Shown in pieces: positions 39,931 to 53,890 of a stretch of 64,000 nucleotides of DNA. The stretch lies in the NCBI RefSeq assembly GCF_001447785.1, contig NW_015167624.1:1-64000 (forward strand), given 5' to 3'. The translations under genes were made by a program, and so were the position numbers. Under the pieces are notes generated by a model. The model made no database searches and was not told the origin of the DNA. It was given only the letters and a program-made list of their open reading frames with translations. The stretch is from Gekko japonicus (Eukaryota). Positions within the stretch are counted from its first letter, which is position 1. Every line of letters begins with the position of its first letter.

Positions 39931-42491
39931 CCACACGTGGGATGGGATCGGGCTAGCTTGGCTCATCCAGGTCAGGGCCCTTTTTGTCTAACCTCAGGCA
40001 GGAGGGCTCCAGAGCAAACTGATTTATGCAGCCGCCAAATCGCCCGCTCACAACTTTAATGCCAGCAGCTCGCAAAGCAGGGTTTTTGCTCACAAGACTC
40101 CATCGGTTGGTGGTGGCAGAAAATGCCCTCAAGTCGCGGCTGACGTAAGGCAACCCTTCACGGGGTTTTCAGGGCAAACGATCAGCAGAGATGGTTCGCT
40201 ACTGCCCGCCTCTGCCCCTCGGTTTCCTGGGTGGCCTCCCACCCAAGTCCCAACCACGGCCGACCCTCCGTAGCTTTCGAGATCTGATGGGAATCGGCCA
40301 GCCTGGCTCACCCAGGTCAGGGTCCTTGTTAGCTACCAACCTTGTATCATCCTCTGCAAAGAAAGACCTTCGTGTCCTGTGTCCCGTTCCCCGCCCCCCG
40401 GCTCGCCCTGTGCATGCCACGAACATGACCTGATTCTCCAAAAGGGGAGGTGCTTCTTTTTATTTATTTAATTCAATTTATACCCCGCCCTCCCCACAAT
40501 GCGGGCTCAGGGCGGCTTACAAGTGGCAAACGCCAATATAAAACAACTTTAAAGACATTTATAAATCCCACAATACAAAAGCATTCATAACAATCAAAGA
40601 CTAGAGTGCTCTAGATGTTCAACATAATATCAGATGGCATTTTTATAACTGTTCAGCCTCATCTGCTCCAATGACTGATGTTCCCCTCATCCAGGGCCAG
40701 GTAGAGATGGAATTATTCGGTCTGCTCCAATGACTGATGTTCACCTCATCCAGGGCCAGGTAGAGATGGAATTATTCGGTTAGCTCACCCACNNNNNNNN
40801 NNNNNNNNNNNNNNNNNNNNNNNNNNNNNNNNNNNNNNNNNNNNNNNNNNNNNNNNNNNNNNNNNNNNNNNNNNNNNNNNNNNNNNNNNNNNNNNNNNNN
40901 NNNNNNNNNNNNNNNNNNNNNNNNNNNNNNNNNNNNNNNNNNNNNNNNNNNNNNNNNNNNNNNNNNNNNNNNNNNNNNNNNNNNNNNNNNNNNNNNNNNN
41001 NNNNNNNNNNNNNNNNNNNNNNNNNNNNNNNNNNNNNNNNNNNNNNNNNNNNNNNNNNNNNNNNNNNNNNNNNNNNNNNNNNNNNNNNNNNNNNNNNNNN
41101 NNNNNNNNNNNNNNNNNNTACCCCGCCCTTCACTACCCATCGGAGTCTCGGAGCGGCTTACAAACTCCTTTCCCTTCCCACCACAGACACCCTGTGAGGT
41201 AAAAGAAGAAGAAGAAGAAGAAGGAGATTGGATTTATACCCCGCCCTTCACTATCCAAAGGAGTCTCAGAGAGGCTTACAAACTCCTTTCCCTTCCCCTC
41301 CCCACCACAGACACCCTGTGAGGTAAAAGGAGGAGGAGATTGGATTTATACCCCGCCCTTCACTATCCAAAGGAGTCTCAGAGCGGCTTACAAACTCCTT
41401 TCCCTTCCCCTCCACACCACAGACACCCTGTGAGGTAAAAGAAGAAGAAGAAGAGATTGGATTTATACCCCACCCTTCACTACCCAAAGGTGTCTCAGAG
41501 CGGCTTACAAACTCTTTTCCCTCCCCCTCACCACAACAGACTCCCTGTGAGGGAGGTGTGGCTGAGAGAGCTCTGATGGAAACTGCTCTTTTTCAAGAAC
41601 AGCTCTGACAGAACTATGGCTTGCCCAAGGTCACACCAGCAGCTGTGTGTGGAGGAGTGGGGGAATCAAACCCGGTTCTCCCAGATTAGAGTCTCTGCAC
41701 TTAACCACTACACCAGACTGGCTCTCCAGGTAAGGGGGGGGCACTCCAGGAGCTACATTTCTAACAGGGGAGGCGGAGGCAGCACAAAGGCCTTTCCTCA
41801 GACCTCAACTCCTAGTTCGAGGTGAGAACCAAGTTCAGACATCTTGATTATGACCACTGTTTGCTCATCCTCTACATCCAGGTCCCCAACATGATGCCTG
41901 TGGGTGCCACAGCACCCGCTGACATCTTTCCTGGCACCCACCAGGTGCTTTTGGAAAGTAGATGGGTCCAGGTGAGGCTTTTGCCTAGTAAGGCTTCAGA
42001 CGGGCCACTGAAGATTTGATTGGCTGTGCAGATTTTTGAAGAAGGAGAAGAGATTGGATTTATACTCCGCCCTTCGCTTGAAGTCTCAGAGCGGCTTACA
42101 ACCTCCTTCCCTTCCTCTCCCCACAACAGACACCCTGTGAGGTGGGTGGGGCTGAGACAGCTCTTTCGAGAACGGCTCCTGAGCGAACAGCTCTGAGAGA
42201 ACTGTGATTGACCCAAGGTCACCCAGCTGGCCACGTGTGGAGGAGTGGGGAATCAAACCCGGTTCTCCAGATCAGAGTCCGTCACTCTTAACCACTACAT
42301 CAAATTGATAGCTGCTGCCGCTACAGCACAAGGGTCTTCACAGTGTGACTGAAAGTAAGCTGCAGCAGGCCTTTTGGGGCTTGCTCCACCTCCCGTGGCA
42401 GCCATTTTGTGCTGCGTCCCTTATGCTCTCTCAGAACTCCAAATGTGCCCACAGGCTCAAAAAGGTTGGGGACTGGTATACTACATAATCA

Positions 42492-43305
<814 letters not shown>

Positions 43306-43613
43306 TGCAGTCGTAAATAAGACCGTCTTCAGCTGCCTCCTGAAGATCGAAAGTGAGGGGGACAGGGACACCTCCCTGGGGAGGTTGTTCCGTAACCACG
43401 GGGCCGCCACTGAAAAGGCCCTCTCTCCTGTGCCCACTATACCAGCTTCTACGATTGGGGGGGGACATTCGGGAGGGGCCGGCCCTGTGATCTTTATCCT
43501 TGGACAAGAACACGGGACGGAGAAGACGGTCCTTCAGAGACCTCAGCCCCAAGCCATGCGGGGCTTTTTGTTTGCCCGTTTTCCAGTCCTCATGATTGCT
43601 GATCCATCAGCCA

Positions 43614-44010
43614 CAGGGCTTTTTTTGTAGAAAAAGCCCAGCAGGAACTCATTAGCATAATAGGCCACACCCAACAGCTGAAACTCATTAGCATATTAGG
43701 CCACACCCTGACACCACAGCTCATTAGCATATTAGGCCGCAGCCCCGTGTTGCCAGAAGTGTGGTCATCCAGCCACACCCACCTTTTGCTTCTTATTCTG
43801 TTTACCTTGTTTGTTGTCAAAACCCAGGGCCTTTTTTTTGTAGCAGGGACTCATTTGCATGTTAGGCCACACACGCCTACTGTAACCAATCCTAATGAGT
43901 TTCTGCTGTTGGGTGTGGCCTATTATGCTAATAGGTTCCTGCTGGGTGTGGCCAACTCAGGAGCCAGCCAGAACTCCGTTCCTGTGCGTTCCTGCCCAAA
44001 AATAGCCCTG
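43614..44010. mobile_element. hAT MITE with internal ctcattagcat repeats
   Basis: TIR CAGGGCT...AGCCCTG; TSD ATCAGCCA/ATCAGCTA. Confidence 0.75.
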
Positions 44011-44734
44011 ATCAGCTATATCTGAAGAACTCCCTGAGGACACAGAAGTTATCCCCTTCCCTGTTTGAGGCCCTTCCCTTTCTAACATAAGAACACAAGA
44101 GACGCCAATGTTGGATCAGGCCAAAGGCCCATCCCGTCCAACACTCTGTGTCACACAGTGGCCAAAAAATACCAGGTGCCATCAGGAGGTCCACCAGTGG
44201 GGCCAGGACATTAGAAGCCCCCCCACTATTGACCTCCCCCAAACACCAAGAAGACAGAGCATCACTTGCCCCAGAGCCCCTATCTATACCTTGTGGCTAA
44301 TAGCCACTGATGGACCTCTGCTCCATATGCCTATCTAATTCCCTTTTGAAGCCGTCCATGCTTGTAGCCGCCACCACTTCCTGTGGCAGTGAATTCCATG
44401 TGTTAATCACTCTTTTCTAGCCCCTTTTCACAAGCCTATCATAAACGGGGTTGTGGTTTTTTTTGAAAGCCTGACTAGTGGAATCAGAATTATAGCAAGT
44501 GCATCTTTGCATCCCATTTAATTTGGACCAGTACACTGCAGGTTCGCAGGATACACAAGGCCGTGATAACGGTGGGAAGGGACACTGGGCTGCATGGAGC
44601 GGAAGCGCAGAGAATCTTGTACGGCGAACAACGGCACGCTTGGAGGGGTCGTTCTCTCCTCACAGTGGGCGCTAACACTCAGCGCCTCGGCGACACTCCC
44701 GCTGTCCGCTCCCCACCCAAAATTAGCCCCCTCA

Positions 44735-45073
<339 letters not shown>

Positions 45074-46540
45074 TCAGCTGCTGGAAGGCCGAGCTGCTAG
45101 AACCCCGGCAAAGCCCGCCCCGCTCTTCTTGCCACCCGGGGGTGTGTGTGTGTGCTCCTATTGCCATAGGGAGGGAGGGGTACCAATTTGAATAAAAATT
45201 ATCCTAGGTTAGCGCCAACTGAGTGGAGAGAATCTTCCGTACAATATTCCCTGCAGCACACCGCCCTCTGTTATCAATTCATCTACCAAAACGTTCATAT
45301 CCTGCATTTCCTTGTGGTTCAAGGCGGCTGACAATAATAGTTACATCCTACCACACAGGGGCAGCAAGACATTATTGCGGAAGAGAAGAAGAAGAGATTG
45401 GATTTATACCCCGCCCTTCACTACCCAAAGGAGTCTCAGAGCGGCTTACAATCTCATTCCCCTCCCCACAACAGACATCCTGTGAGGCAGGTGGGGCTGA
45501 GAGAGCTCTCTTGAGGACTGCTGATGAGAGAACAGCTCTGAAAGAACTTGTAACTGACCCAAGGTCACACCAGCAAGAGCATGTGGAGGAGTGAGGAATC
45601 AAACCCGGTTCTCCCAGATTAGAGTCTGCGCTCCTAACCACTATACCAAACTGGCTCTCAGGTTGCAGTACTATATCTACCCACAAGCCGGACTGAATTT
45701 CCTGCAGTCGTAAATCATATGGTAAGAAGCTACGCTTACAGTGAAGAAAAAGAAGAGATTGGATTTATACCCCGCCCTTCACTACCCAGAGGAGTCTCAG
45801 AGCGGCTTACAAACTCCTTTCCCTTCCCCTCCCCACAACAGACACCCTGTGAGGTGGGTGGGGCTGAGAGAGCTCTTGAAAGAAACTGCCCTTTCAGGAA
45901 CAGCTGTGCCAGAGCTTGTGACTGACCCAAGGTCACATCAGCAGGTGCAAGTGGAGGAGTGGGGGAATCAAACCCAGTTCTCCCAGATAAGAGTTCGCAC
46001 ACTTAACCACTACACCAATCAGTCCAGCTTACTAGCCCCTGAATCTTTAGCCAACTGTCATCTACGAAATCATGAGAAAGAGGGTGGCCTTTCACTTTAT
46101 TTCGTTAATTTATTTTCAACTTGTTTAGGACAGGTTGCCAGAAAAGACGGCATGGTAGAGGCCGATCTCGAAAGCGAAGCAACGTTAGGTAATAGATGAG
46201 AGTTCAACCAAGGAAGGCTCTGTGGGCGATGGCCAACCACCTCTGCGTCTCACTTGCCTTGAAAACCCCCTTAGTGGGGTCGCCATAAGTGGCTTGTGGC
46301 TTGATAGCACTTACATACATACATAGGACATAGATTCAGGCGGGCAGCCGTATTGGTCTGAAGCAACAGAACAAAGTCCGAGTCCGGTGGCACCTTTAAG
46401 GCCAACAAAGTTTTATTCAACGTAGAAGCTTTCATGTGCATGCACACTCCTTCAGATACATACATGAAAGCTGATACCCAGAATTAAACTTTGTTGGTCT
46501 TAAAGGTGCCCCTGGACTCAATACTTTGTTCTGTTCCTTC

Positions 46541-47235
46541 CAGGGGTCATTTCCTGCAGGAGTGCACAGGAGCGGAGCTCCGGCAGTAAAGAGCACAGGG
46601 GGCGGGCACATGCAACAAGCCCCACCCCCTGCTCCCATCAGCCCTCAGTTAGAGCCAGTTTGGTGTTGTGGTTAAGTACGCAGACTCTAATCTGGGAGAA
46701 CCGGGTTTGATTCCCCACTCCTCCACTTGCACCTGGCTGGATGACCTTGGGCAAGTCGTAGTTCTGATAAGAGCTGTCCTTGAAAAAAAGAGCAGTTTCT
46801 GTCAGAGCTCTCTCAGCCCCACCTACCTCACAGGGTGTCTGTTGTGGGGAGGGGAAGGGAAAGGAGTTTGTAAACTGCTCTGAGACACCTTTGGGTAGTG
46901 AAGGGCGGGGTATAAATCCAATCTCTTCTTCTTCTTCTAGAGCAAGAAGCAGCCAGGTAAGTTGCAGATGCCCCCCCCCCGGTCCAAAACAGTCCAGTGG
47001 CACCTTTAAGACCAAGTTTTATTCAGGTACAAGCTCTCCCTCCTCTGTGAGGACAGATCTGCACATCCCCCCCCCCAATAGCTAGCAATCCAAAACAGTC
47101 CAGTGGAGCCTGAGGGGTGGGTGTTGCCTTCTGACACACTTCCGGTGATGTCAGGGGGTGTGGCATAGGCAAATGTTATGCTAATGAGTTATGCTAATGA
47201 GCTCCTGCACCTCTTTTTCTACGAAATGACCCCTG
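46541..47235. mobile_element. hAT MITE containing a Squam3-like SINE, itself inserted in a Penelope-like fragment
   Basis: TIR CAGGGGTCATTTC; TSD GTTCCTTC/GTTGCTTC. Confidence 0.78.
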
Positions 47236-48171
47236 GTTGCTTCAGACCAACACGGCTGCCGACCTGAAACTCTTTTTTTTAATATTAAGTTAACATCTAT
47301 CTTTCGACAGGATTGACTTTCCCCTGGCCCAGAAGGGCACCCCCTCTGTTGACTTCTCAGACTCATGGCTTAGCCCCTGAAGGCAGCTGTCTCCCTATTC
47401 GCCTTGTCATCGCAACCCTTTAAACTTCGCTCCCTAAGTCATCCCTACTACTCTGCTGCCCACAATTCTGGCTTAACAGCTCAGTCTTAATCAATGTTGA
47501 GTTTGGTTCAGGTGGGGTAGCCGTGTTGGTCTGAAGCAACAGAACGAAGTGTGAGTCCAGCGGCACCTTAGAGACCAACAAAGTTTGATTCAAGGTTAGA
47601 GATGTGAAGGCCCGGGAAAAAAACTGGAAAGATTGAAAAAAGAAAAGAAATTGATTATGGAACGTTTTATTTTAACATGATGAATAAAATATTTTAAGAC
47701 AAGGTGTTCAAATGTTTTCCAAATCATTTCTGAAAAATATATATGGTATCAGATTGAACTAATTTCTGTGCACTGAGGACAAGTAAGTCCTAGGTTACAA
47801 ACTGAACTCTCCAATGCAAGAACAAGATGCATTTCTTCCTTTAGGAGGTGCTGTTGTCACAAGAAAAGAAAAAGGTTTCAGTTTTGTTTTTGCATGTGGG
47901 TGGGTATTCTGTTTGTAATAATTGTTTGGGTACACTATATTTTTAATGTGCTAGTTGTGATAATTTCATGCCAAGTAAAAATGTCCATAGTCATATCTTA
48001 TGTTCCTAAAGTAACAGAATGACTTTCAATCTGGAAAAAAAAAGAAGTACTGATGTAGCTTTTTTTCAATTTTTCTGAAAATTTCTTCCCCCCCCAAAAA
48101 AAAACCCAGAAAAAAATGGTTTTTTCCCCGACCTTCAAAATTTCCGGAAATTTTACATCTCTATAATCAAG

Positions 48172-48358
48172 GTATGAGCTTTCATATACACACACACTTC
48201 CTCAGATACTCAGTGGCACCTTTAAGACCAACAAAGTTTAATTCTGGGCATAAGCTTTCGCGTGCATGCACACCTCTTCAGGTACTCAATGGCACCTTTG
48301 GGACCAACAAGGTTTAATATTGGGTATAAGCTTTTGCGTGCATGCACACTTCAGATAC
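48172..48358 (-). ncRNA. three tandem 76-bp units with minimal type I hammerhead ribozyme motifs (Penelope-type)
   Basis: Unit 1 on the minus strand: GTAT-CTGAGGA-A-stemII-GAAA-GCTC-ATAC. Confidence 0.55.
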
Positions 48359-48992
48359 TCAATGGAAGGTCAGTAATTCAGCAGTTCGAGACCTGAGTGC
48401 CACATGACAGAGTGAGCTCCCATCTCTGGCCCCAACTCCTGACAACCTAGCAGTTCGAAAGCAAGAAATTGCAAGTAGATAAATAGGTACCGCTTTGGTG
48501 GGAAGGTAACAGCGTTCCGTGCGCCTCGGCGTTTAGTCACGCCGGCCACACGGCCACGGAGAAGTCTTTGGCCAGCGCTGGCTCTTCAGCTAGGAAACGG
48601 AGATGAGCACGGCCCCCTAGAGTCGGATTCAACTGGCTTTTGAGCAAGGGAAACCTTTATCTTTATAGTTTTTGCCTGCATGCACACTTCAGATACTCAA
48701 TGGCACCTTGAAGACCAATAAGGTTTAAAGCCTTTGTGTGCATGCACACTTCTTCAGCTATGTTAGAGTGGCAGTTTTAATTCTTGCAACTGACTGAGGA
48801 CAGCTCTGTCAGATGAATCATTTTGGATCGAGAGTAGAACTGTCGGCAGCCGTACATCTGCAGCGCTGCGGGAGCCCGCCGGACTTGGATTTTGAGGGCA
48901 GTCTGCCTCCTGAACCATCGACCCCGGGACAACCCCCAACTCCTTTCCAGCACTGAAGGGCCCTGTCTCTAAACCACCCCCGTCACACTTAC

Positions 48993-49033
48993 CTTGCATC
49001 AACAGCCAAAACCTGCTGCCAAACTGCGGCCAT
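48993..49033 (-). CDS. WDR13: WDR13 first canonical coding exon (MAAVWQQVLAVDAR)
   Basis: ggcATGG; gtaagt donor; acceptor ctgcag at 49081-49080 leaves 46 nt of leader. Confidence 0.93.
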
Positions 49034-50926
49034 GCCCTTCGTTGCCACCGGCCACGCAGGGGAGCTGGTCAGCGGGCGCCTGCAGCAGCAAAGGAATAGG
49101 GGCGTCAGTGCCGGAGAGTGGCATGGAAAGAGACGGAAACCCTGGCATGGAGAGCGCGAAACAGTCTAACTGCCCCATGCATTAGCACAGGTGCCTCTGC
49201 AACAGTGTTGAGGTGTGCAGTCCCCTAAACCCTACAGGGCCCGTGGCTCGGGAACGCAAGGGATTGTGCACCGCTCACCCTCCCACGCTGCAGCAGAGCT
49301 CTCTTGCCACGAGTCTGAGGAGCCGCAAAGAATCCAGCTGGACCCCCCTCTCACTTGGGGCGATTGCGGAGAGACTGCGCAGCCCACATTTGGACAGCCT
49401 TCTGTTTCTGGGAGGGCGGCTGAACCCCGTGGAGACCGGGTGTTGCCTCCACATCCCCGCCAGAACATTTCCCCCACCGTGCTTGATGGCTCACTGGCAG
49501 CCCAAGAGAATCCTCGGGACTGCAACACCCCCTGTTATCGCCGCCCTAAGTCTTGCCAACAGCAGGCCGGAAAGTTGCCAACAGCCAGCCGAGAAAGTTG
49601 GCAGTGCCTTGGCGTACAACTGGTAGGGATGCCAGGTCCTCCCTAGCCACCGGTGGGGGGATGGCGGGGGGTCAGGTTGTCAGATCCAGGTTGGGAAGCT
49701 CCTGGAGTTTCAGGGATGGAGTCTGGGGAGGACAGGGACCTCAGTGTGGTACAGTGTAGAGTTGACAGTCTCCAGGTGGGGCCTGGGGAAATCCCACTTT
49801 CACAACTGATCTCCAGCTGACAGAGGTCAGCTCCACTGGAGAAAATGACTGCTTTGAAGGGTGGACTCTATGGCATTGTACCAGGCTGAGGCCCCTCCCC
49901 TCCCCAAACCCCGCCCTCTCCTGGATCCATCCCCAAAGTCTCCAGGTATTTTCCAACCCAGATCTGGCAACCAGTGTTCCCTCTAAGCTGAGTCAGTGTG
50001 AGCTAGCGCACAGTTTTTTTAACCTCTGGCTCACACGTTTTTGTCTACGCTCAGGAAGAATGGCTCCAGGGCAAACTAATTGATGCAGTAGCCAAATTGC
50101 CTGCTCACAACTTTAATGCCGGTAGCTCACAGAATAGAATCTTTGCTCACAAGACTCCATAGCTTAGAGGGAGCATTGCAGCACAGTGCCACAGGTCCCC
50201 CCCCCCCAGGCATCCATTTCAAACAAGCAGCCGTGCGGAGCCAAGGCAGAAGAAGTCTACACCGGGCAGTGAGGCGTGTGCAATTAAATGAATATATGTT
50301 GTCTTCCCTTTCCCCTACAAACATTGTTAGTCCCTTGTCTATACTGAGTAACTGTACATCGCTTTGAGCCCACTGGGGAAAGCGATTAATAAATGGAAAG
50401 TATATTATTATTANNNNNNNNNNNNNNNNNNNNNNNNNNNNNNNNNNNNNNNNNNNNNNNNNNNNNNNNNNNNNNNNNNNNNNNNNNNNNNNNNNNNNNN
50501 NNNNNNNNNNNNNNNNNNNNNNNNNNNNNNNNNNNNNNNNNNNNNNNNNNNNNNNNNNNNNNNNNNNNNNNNNNNNNNNNNNNNNNNNNNNNNNNNNNNN
50601 NNNNNNNNNNNNNNNNNNNNNNNNNNNNNNNNNNNNNNNNNNNNNNNNNNNNNNNNNNNNNNNNNNNNNNNNNNNNNNNNNNNNNNNNNNNNNNNNNNNN
50701 NNNNNNNNNNNNNNNNNNNNNNNNNNNNNNNNNNNNNNNNNNNNNNNNNNNNNNNNNNNNNNNNNNNNNNNNNNNNNNNNNNNNNNNNNNNNNNNNNNNN
50801 NNNNNNNNNNNNNNNNNNNNNNNNNNNNNNNNNNNNNNNNNNNNNNNNNNNNNNNNNNNNNNNNNNNNNNNNNNNNNNNNNNNNNNNNNNNNNNNNNNNN
50901 NNNNNNNNNNNNNNNNNNNNNNNNNN

Positions 50927-51545
50927 GGGGAGGGAGGCGTCAGAGTGGGTGGCGTTGGTTTGTTTCCATGGTGATGGGGGGAGGAGGAGGAGGCGGTGGG
51001 GAAGGAGGACCGCAGTCATGGAAGGATGCGCCCGGCGGGGGGGAGAAGAGATGGAGATGCTCGAAGGAGCCCGGGCTGCAGGGATGCCCCGGGGTGGGGT
51101 GGGGGGGGAGATGCCCGCCTTACAGGATGGGGAAATGCCAGGATACGGGCGGACTGCTGCCGGCTCGTTTCCCCGGGGCCAGGGCCACGGCGGAGGGCGG
51201 CTGCGGACCCGCAGGGCCGAGCGAGGGGGGGGGGAGAAGCCGGGCAGGGCTGGGAGGGGTCGGGACCGGGTACCTGCGGCGGCTCCCGGGCGCTCCGTCC
51301 CCGCGATGGCCGACGGCAAAGCCGAAAAAGAGGCGGCGGCGGAGAGGCGGAGCCTTTCTGAGCCAGCCCGGCCGCGCATGCGGCCCTTTGACAGCCACAG
51401 CCGCCGCTGCCGCCTCTCCCCTGGACGGCGCGTTCACACGTTCGGCCCCGCCCGTTGCCAGGCCAAGCGGGAGGCGGTTAGGGCGCTGAGCAGCGCCGGC
51501 GTTTCAGACTCTCTTCTCCTAAAGCTCGCGTTTGGCTTCCGCGGT
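50927..51545 (-). promoter_or_regulatory. CpG island, probable WDR13 promoter and non-coding first exon (donor cag|gtaccc near 51274)
   Basis: GC/CpG-rich block about 2 kb upstream of the WDR13 ATG exon, with a minus-strand donor. Confidence 0.65.
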
Positions 51546-51557
51546 TAGGGTTGCCAG

Positions 51558-51794
51558 CAGTGCCGGATTTATGCATAAGATAAATAAGCTACAGCTTAGG
51601 GCCTCACAATCCGCTGGGGCCTCAAATAAAAACACAATATAAAAAAATGATTTCAAATATTAAAAAGGCGTATATATTTTAAATTTTTCTGAGACCAGCT
51701 GATGTAATTTAAAACAGTAGGGGGCCTCTGGGTTTTGTATAGCTTAGGGCCTCAGCAAGTCTAAATCCCCTCAGCAAGCCTAAATCCGGCCCTG
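51558..51794. mobile_element. hAT MITE (TIR CAGTGCCGGATTTA)
   Basis: Perfect 8-bp TSD GTTGCCAG. Confidence 0.82.
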
Positions 51795-52433
51795 GTTGCC
51801 AGGTCCCCCTTGGCTCAACGGCGGGGGATATGGGGGGGTGGGGGTAGGGTTGCCAGCAGTGTTCCCTCTAAGCTGAGTTCGTGTGAGCTAGCTCACAGTT
51901 CTTTAGCCTCCAGTTCACACATTTTTGTCTGAGCTCAGGAAGGAGGGCTCCAGGGCAAACTAATTTAAGCAGTAGCCAAATCGCTCGCTCACAACTTTCA
52001 TGCCAGCAGCTCACAAAGTACAATTTTTGCTCACAAGAACCCACAGCTTAGAGGGAACATTGGTTGCCATATTCGGGCTGGGAAACTCCTGGAGATTTGG
52101 GGGCGGAGCCTGGGGGGGCAGGGAACTCGGTGGGGTAAAGTGCCATAGAGTGCCATCCTCCAAAGCAGCCGTTTTCTCCAGGGGAACTGATCTCCCTAGT
52201 GTGGCGATAAGCCGTAATTCCGGGGCATCCCCAGGTTCCACCTGGAGGTTGGCATCCCTACTTCCAGTGCCAAGAAGGCAAGGCCAAAGGCTCCGGGGCG
52301 AGTGTGGAGTGCGTCTTCCTTCCTGACCAAGAGGTTGCATGCAAGGAAAGGCTGGAGAGGACCTTCCCCAAGAGAGATGGGGGGGGCCTTCCTCAGAAAA
52401 GATACAGGGCTACTGTGGTTCTTGAGGACTCTG

Positions 52434-52434
<1 letters not shown>

Positions 52435-52487
<53 letters not shown>
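52435..52487. repeat. (ATT)n microsatellite
   Basis: Uninterrupted trinucleotide run. Confidence 0.95.
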
Positions 52488-52488
<1 letters not shown>

Positions 52489-52834
52489 CAGCTGATTTAT
52501 ACTGACCCCCTCATGGGGTTTTCAAGGGGAGACAATTTCAGAGGAAGAGGAGAGGAAGAAGGGTTGGCTTTTATAACCCACTTTTCACTACTCAAAGGAG
52601 TCTCAGAGCGGCTTACAATCTCCTTCCCTTCCTCTCCCCACAGCAGACACCCTGTAAGGGAGGTGGGGCTGAGGGAGCTCTGAGAGAACGGCCCTTGAGA
52701 GAACAGCTCTGAGAGAACTTGTAACTGACCCAAGGTCGCCCAGCAGCTGCATGAGGAGGAGTGGGGAGTCAAACCCGGTTCTCCAAAGTAAAGTCGGCTG
52801 CTCTTAACCACAACACCAAACTGGCTCTCAAGGA

Positions 52835-52874
52835 GTATCTGAAGAAGTGAGCAGCGACTCACGAAAGCTCATCC
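52835..52874 (+). ncRNA. minimal hammerhead ribozyme motif in a Penelope-like terminal fragment
   Basis: CTGAAGA-A-GTGAG(cagcga)CTCAC-GAAA-GCTC; helix I weak. Confidence 0.5.
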
Positions 52875-53143
52875 CCTGCCACAAATTTTGTTCGTCTTTG
52901 AGGTGCGACTGGACTTTTGCTCTTTGCTGCTGCTACAGACAGACTGACACGACTGCCCATCTTGATGTATCTCAGAAGTGGAACTAAGTTTGAGCCCTGT
53001 GGCGCCTTTAAGACCAACAGATTTTAAGTCTGGGCATAAGCTTTTGTGTACATGCACACTTCGTCAGATAACAGAGGTGGTGTGCCATTGCCTGCCTCCA
53101 CCCTGGACTTCCTTGCTGGGAGGGCGAGGTAGAAATGTAATAA

Positions 53144-53174
<31 letters not shown>

Positions 53175-53890
53175 GAACCCTGCTGGATCCGACCAGTGGT
53201 CCCTCTAGCCCAGCATCCTGTCTCACACAGTGGCCAACCAGTTCCTCTGGATGGCCAACAGCAGGGCAAAGACACTNNNNNNNNNNNNNNNNNNNNNNNN
53301 NNNNNNNNNNNNNNNNNNNNNNNNNNNNNNNNNNNNNNNNNNNNNNNNNNNNNNNNNNNNNNNNNNNNNNNNNNNNNNNNNNNNNNNNNNNNNNNNNNNN
53401 NNNNNNNNNNNNNNNNNNNNNNNNNNNNNNNNNNNNNNNNNNNNNNNNNNNNNNNNNNNNNNNNNNNNNNNNNNNNNNNNNNNNNNNNNNNNNNNNNNNN
53501 NNNNNNNNNNNNNNNNNNNNNNNNNNNNNNNNNNNNNNNNNNNNNNNNNNNNNNNNNNNNNNNNNNNNNNNNNNNNNNNNNNNNNNNNNNNNNNNNNNNN
53601 NNNNNNNNNNNNNNNNNNNNNNNNNNNNNNNNNNNNNNNNNNNNNNNNNNNNNNNNNNNNNNNNNNNNNNNNNNNNNNNNNNNNNNNNNNNNNNNNNNNN
53701 NNNNNNNNNNNNNNNNNNNNNNNNNNNNNNNNNNNNNNNNNNNNNNNNNNNNNNNNNNNNNNNNNNNNNNNNNNNNNNNNNNNNNNNNNNNNNNNNNNNN
53801 NNNNNNNNNNNNNNNNNNNNNNNNNNNNNNNNNNNNNNNNNNNNNNNNNNNNNNNNNNNNNNNNNNNNNNNNNNNNNNNNNNNNNNNNNN

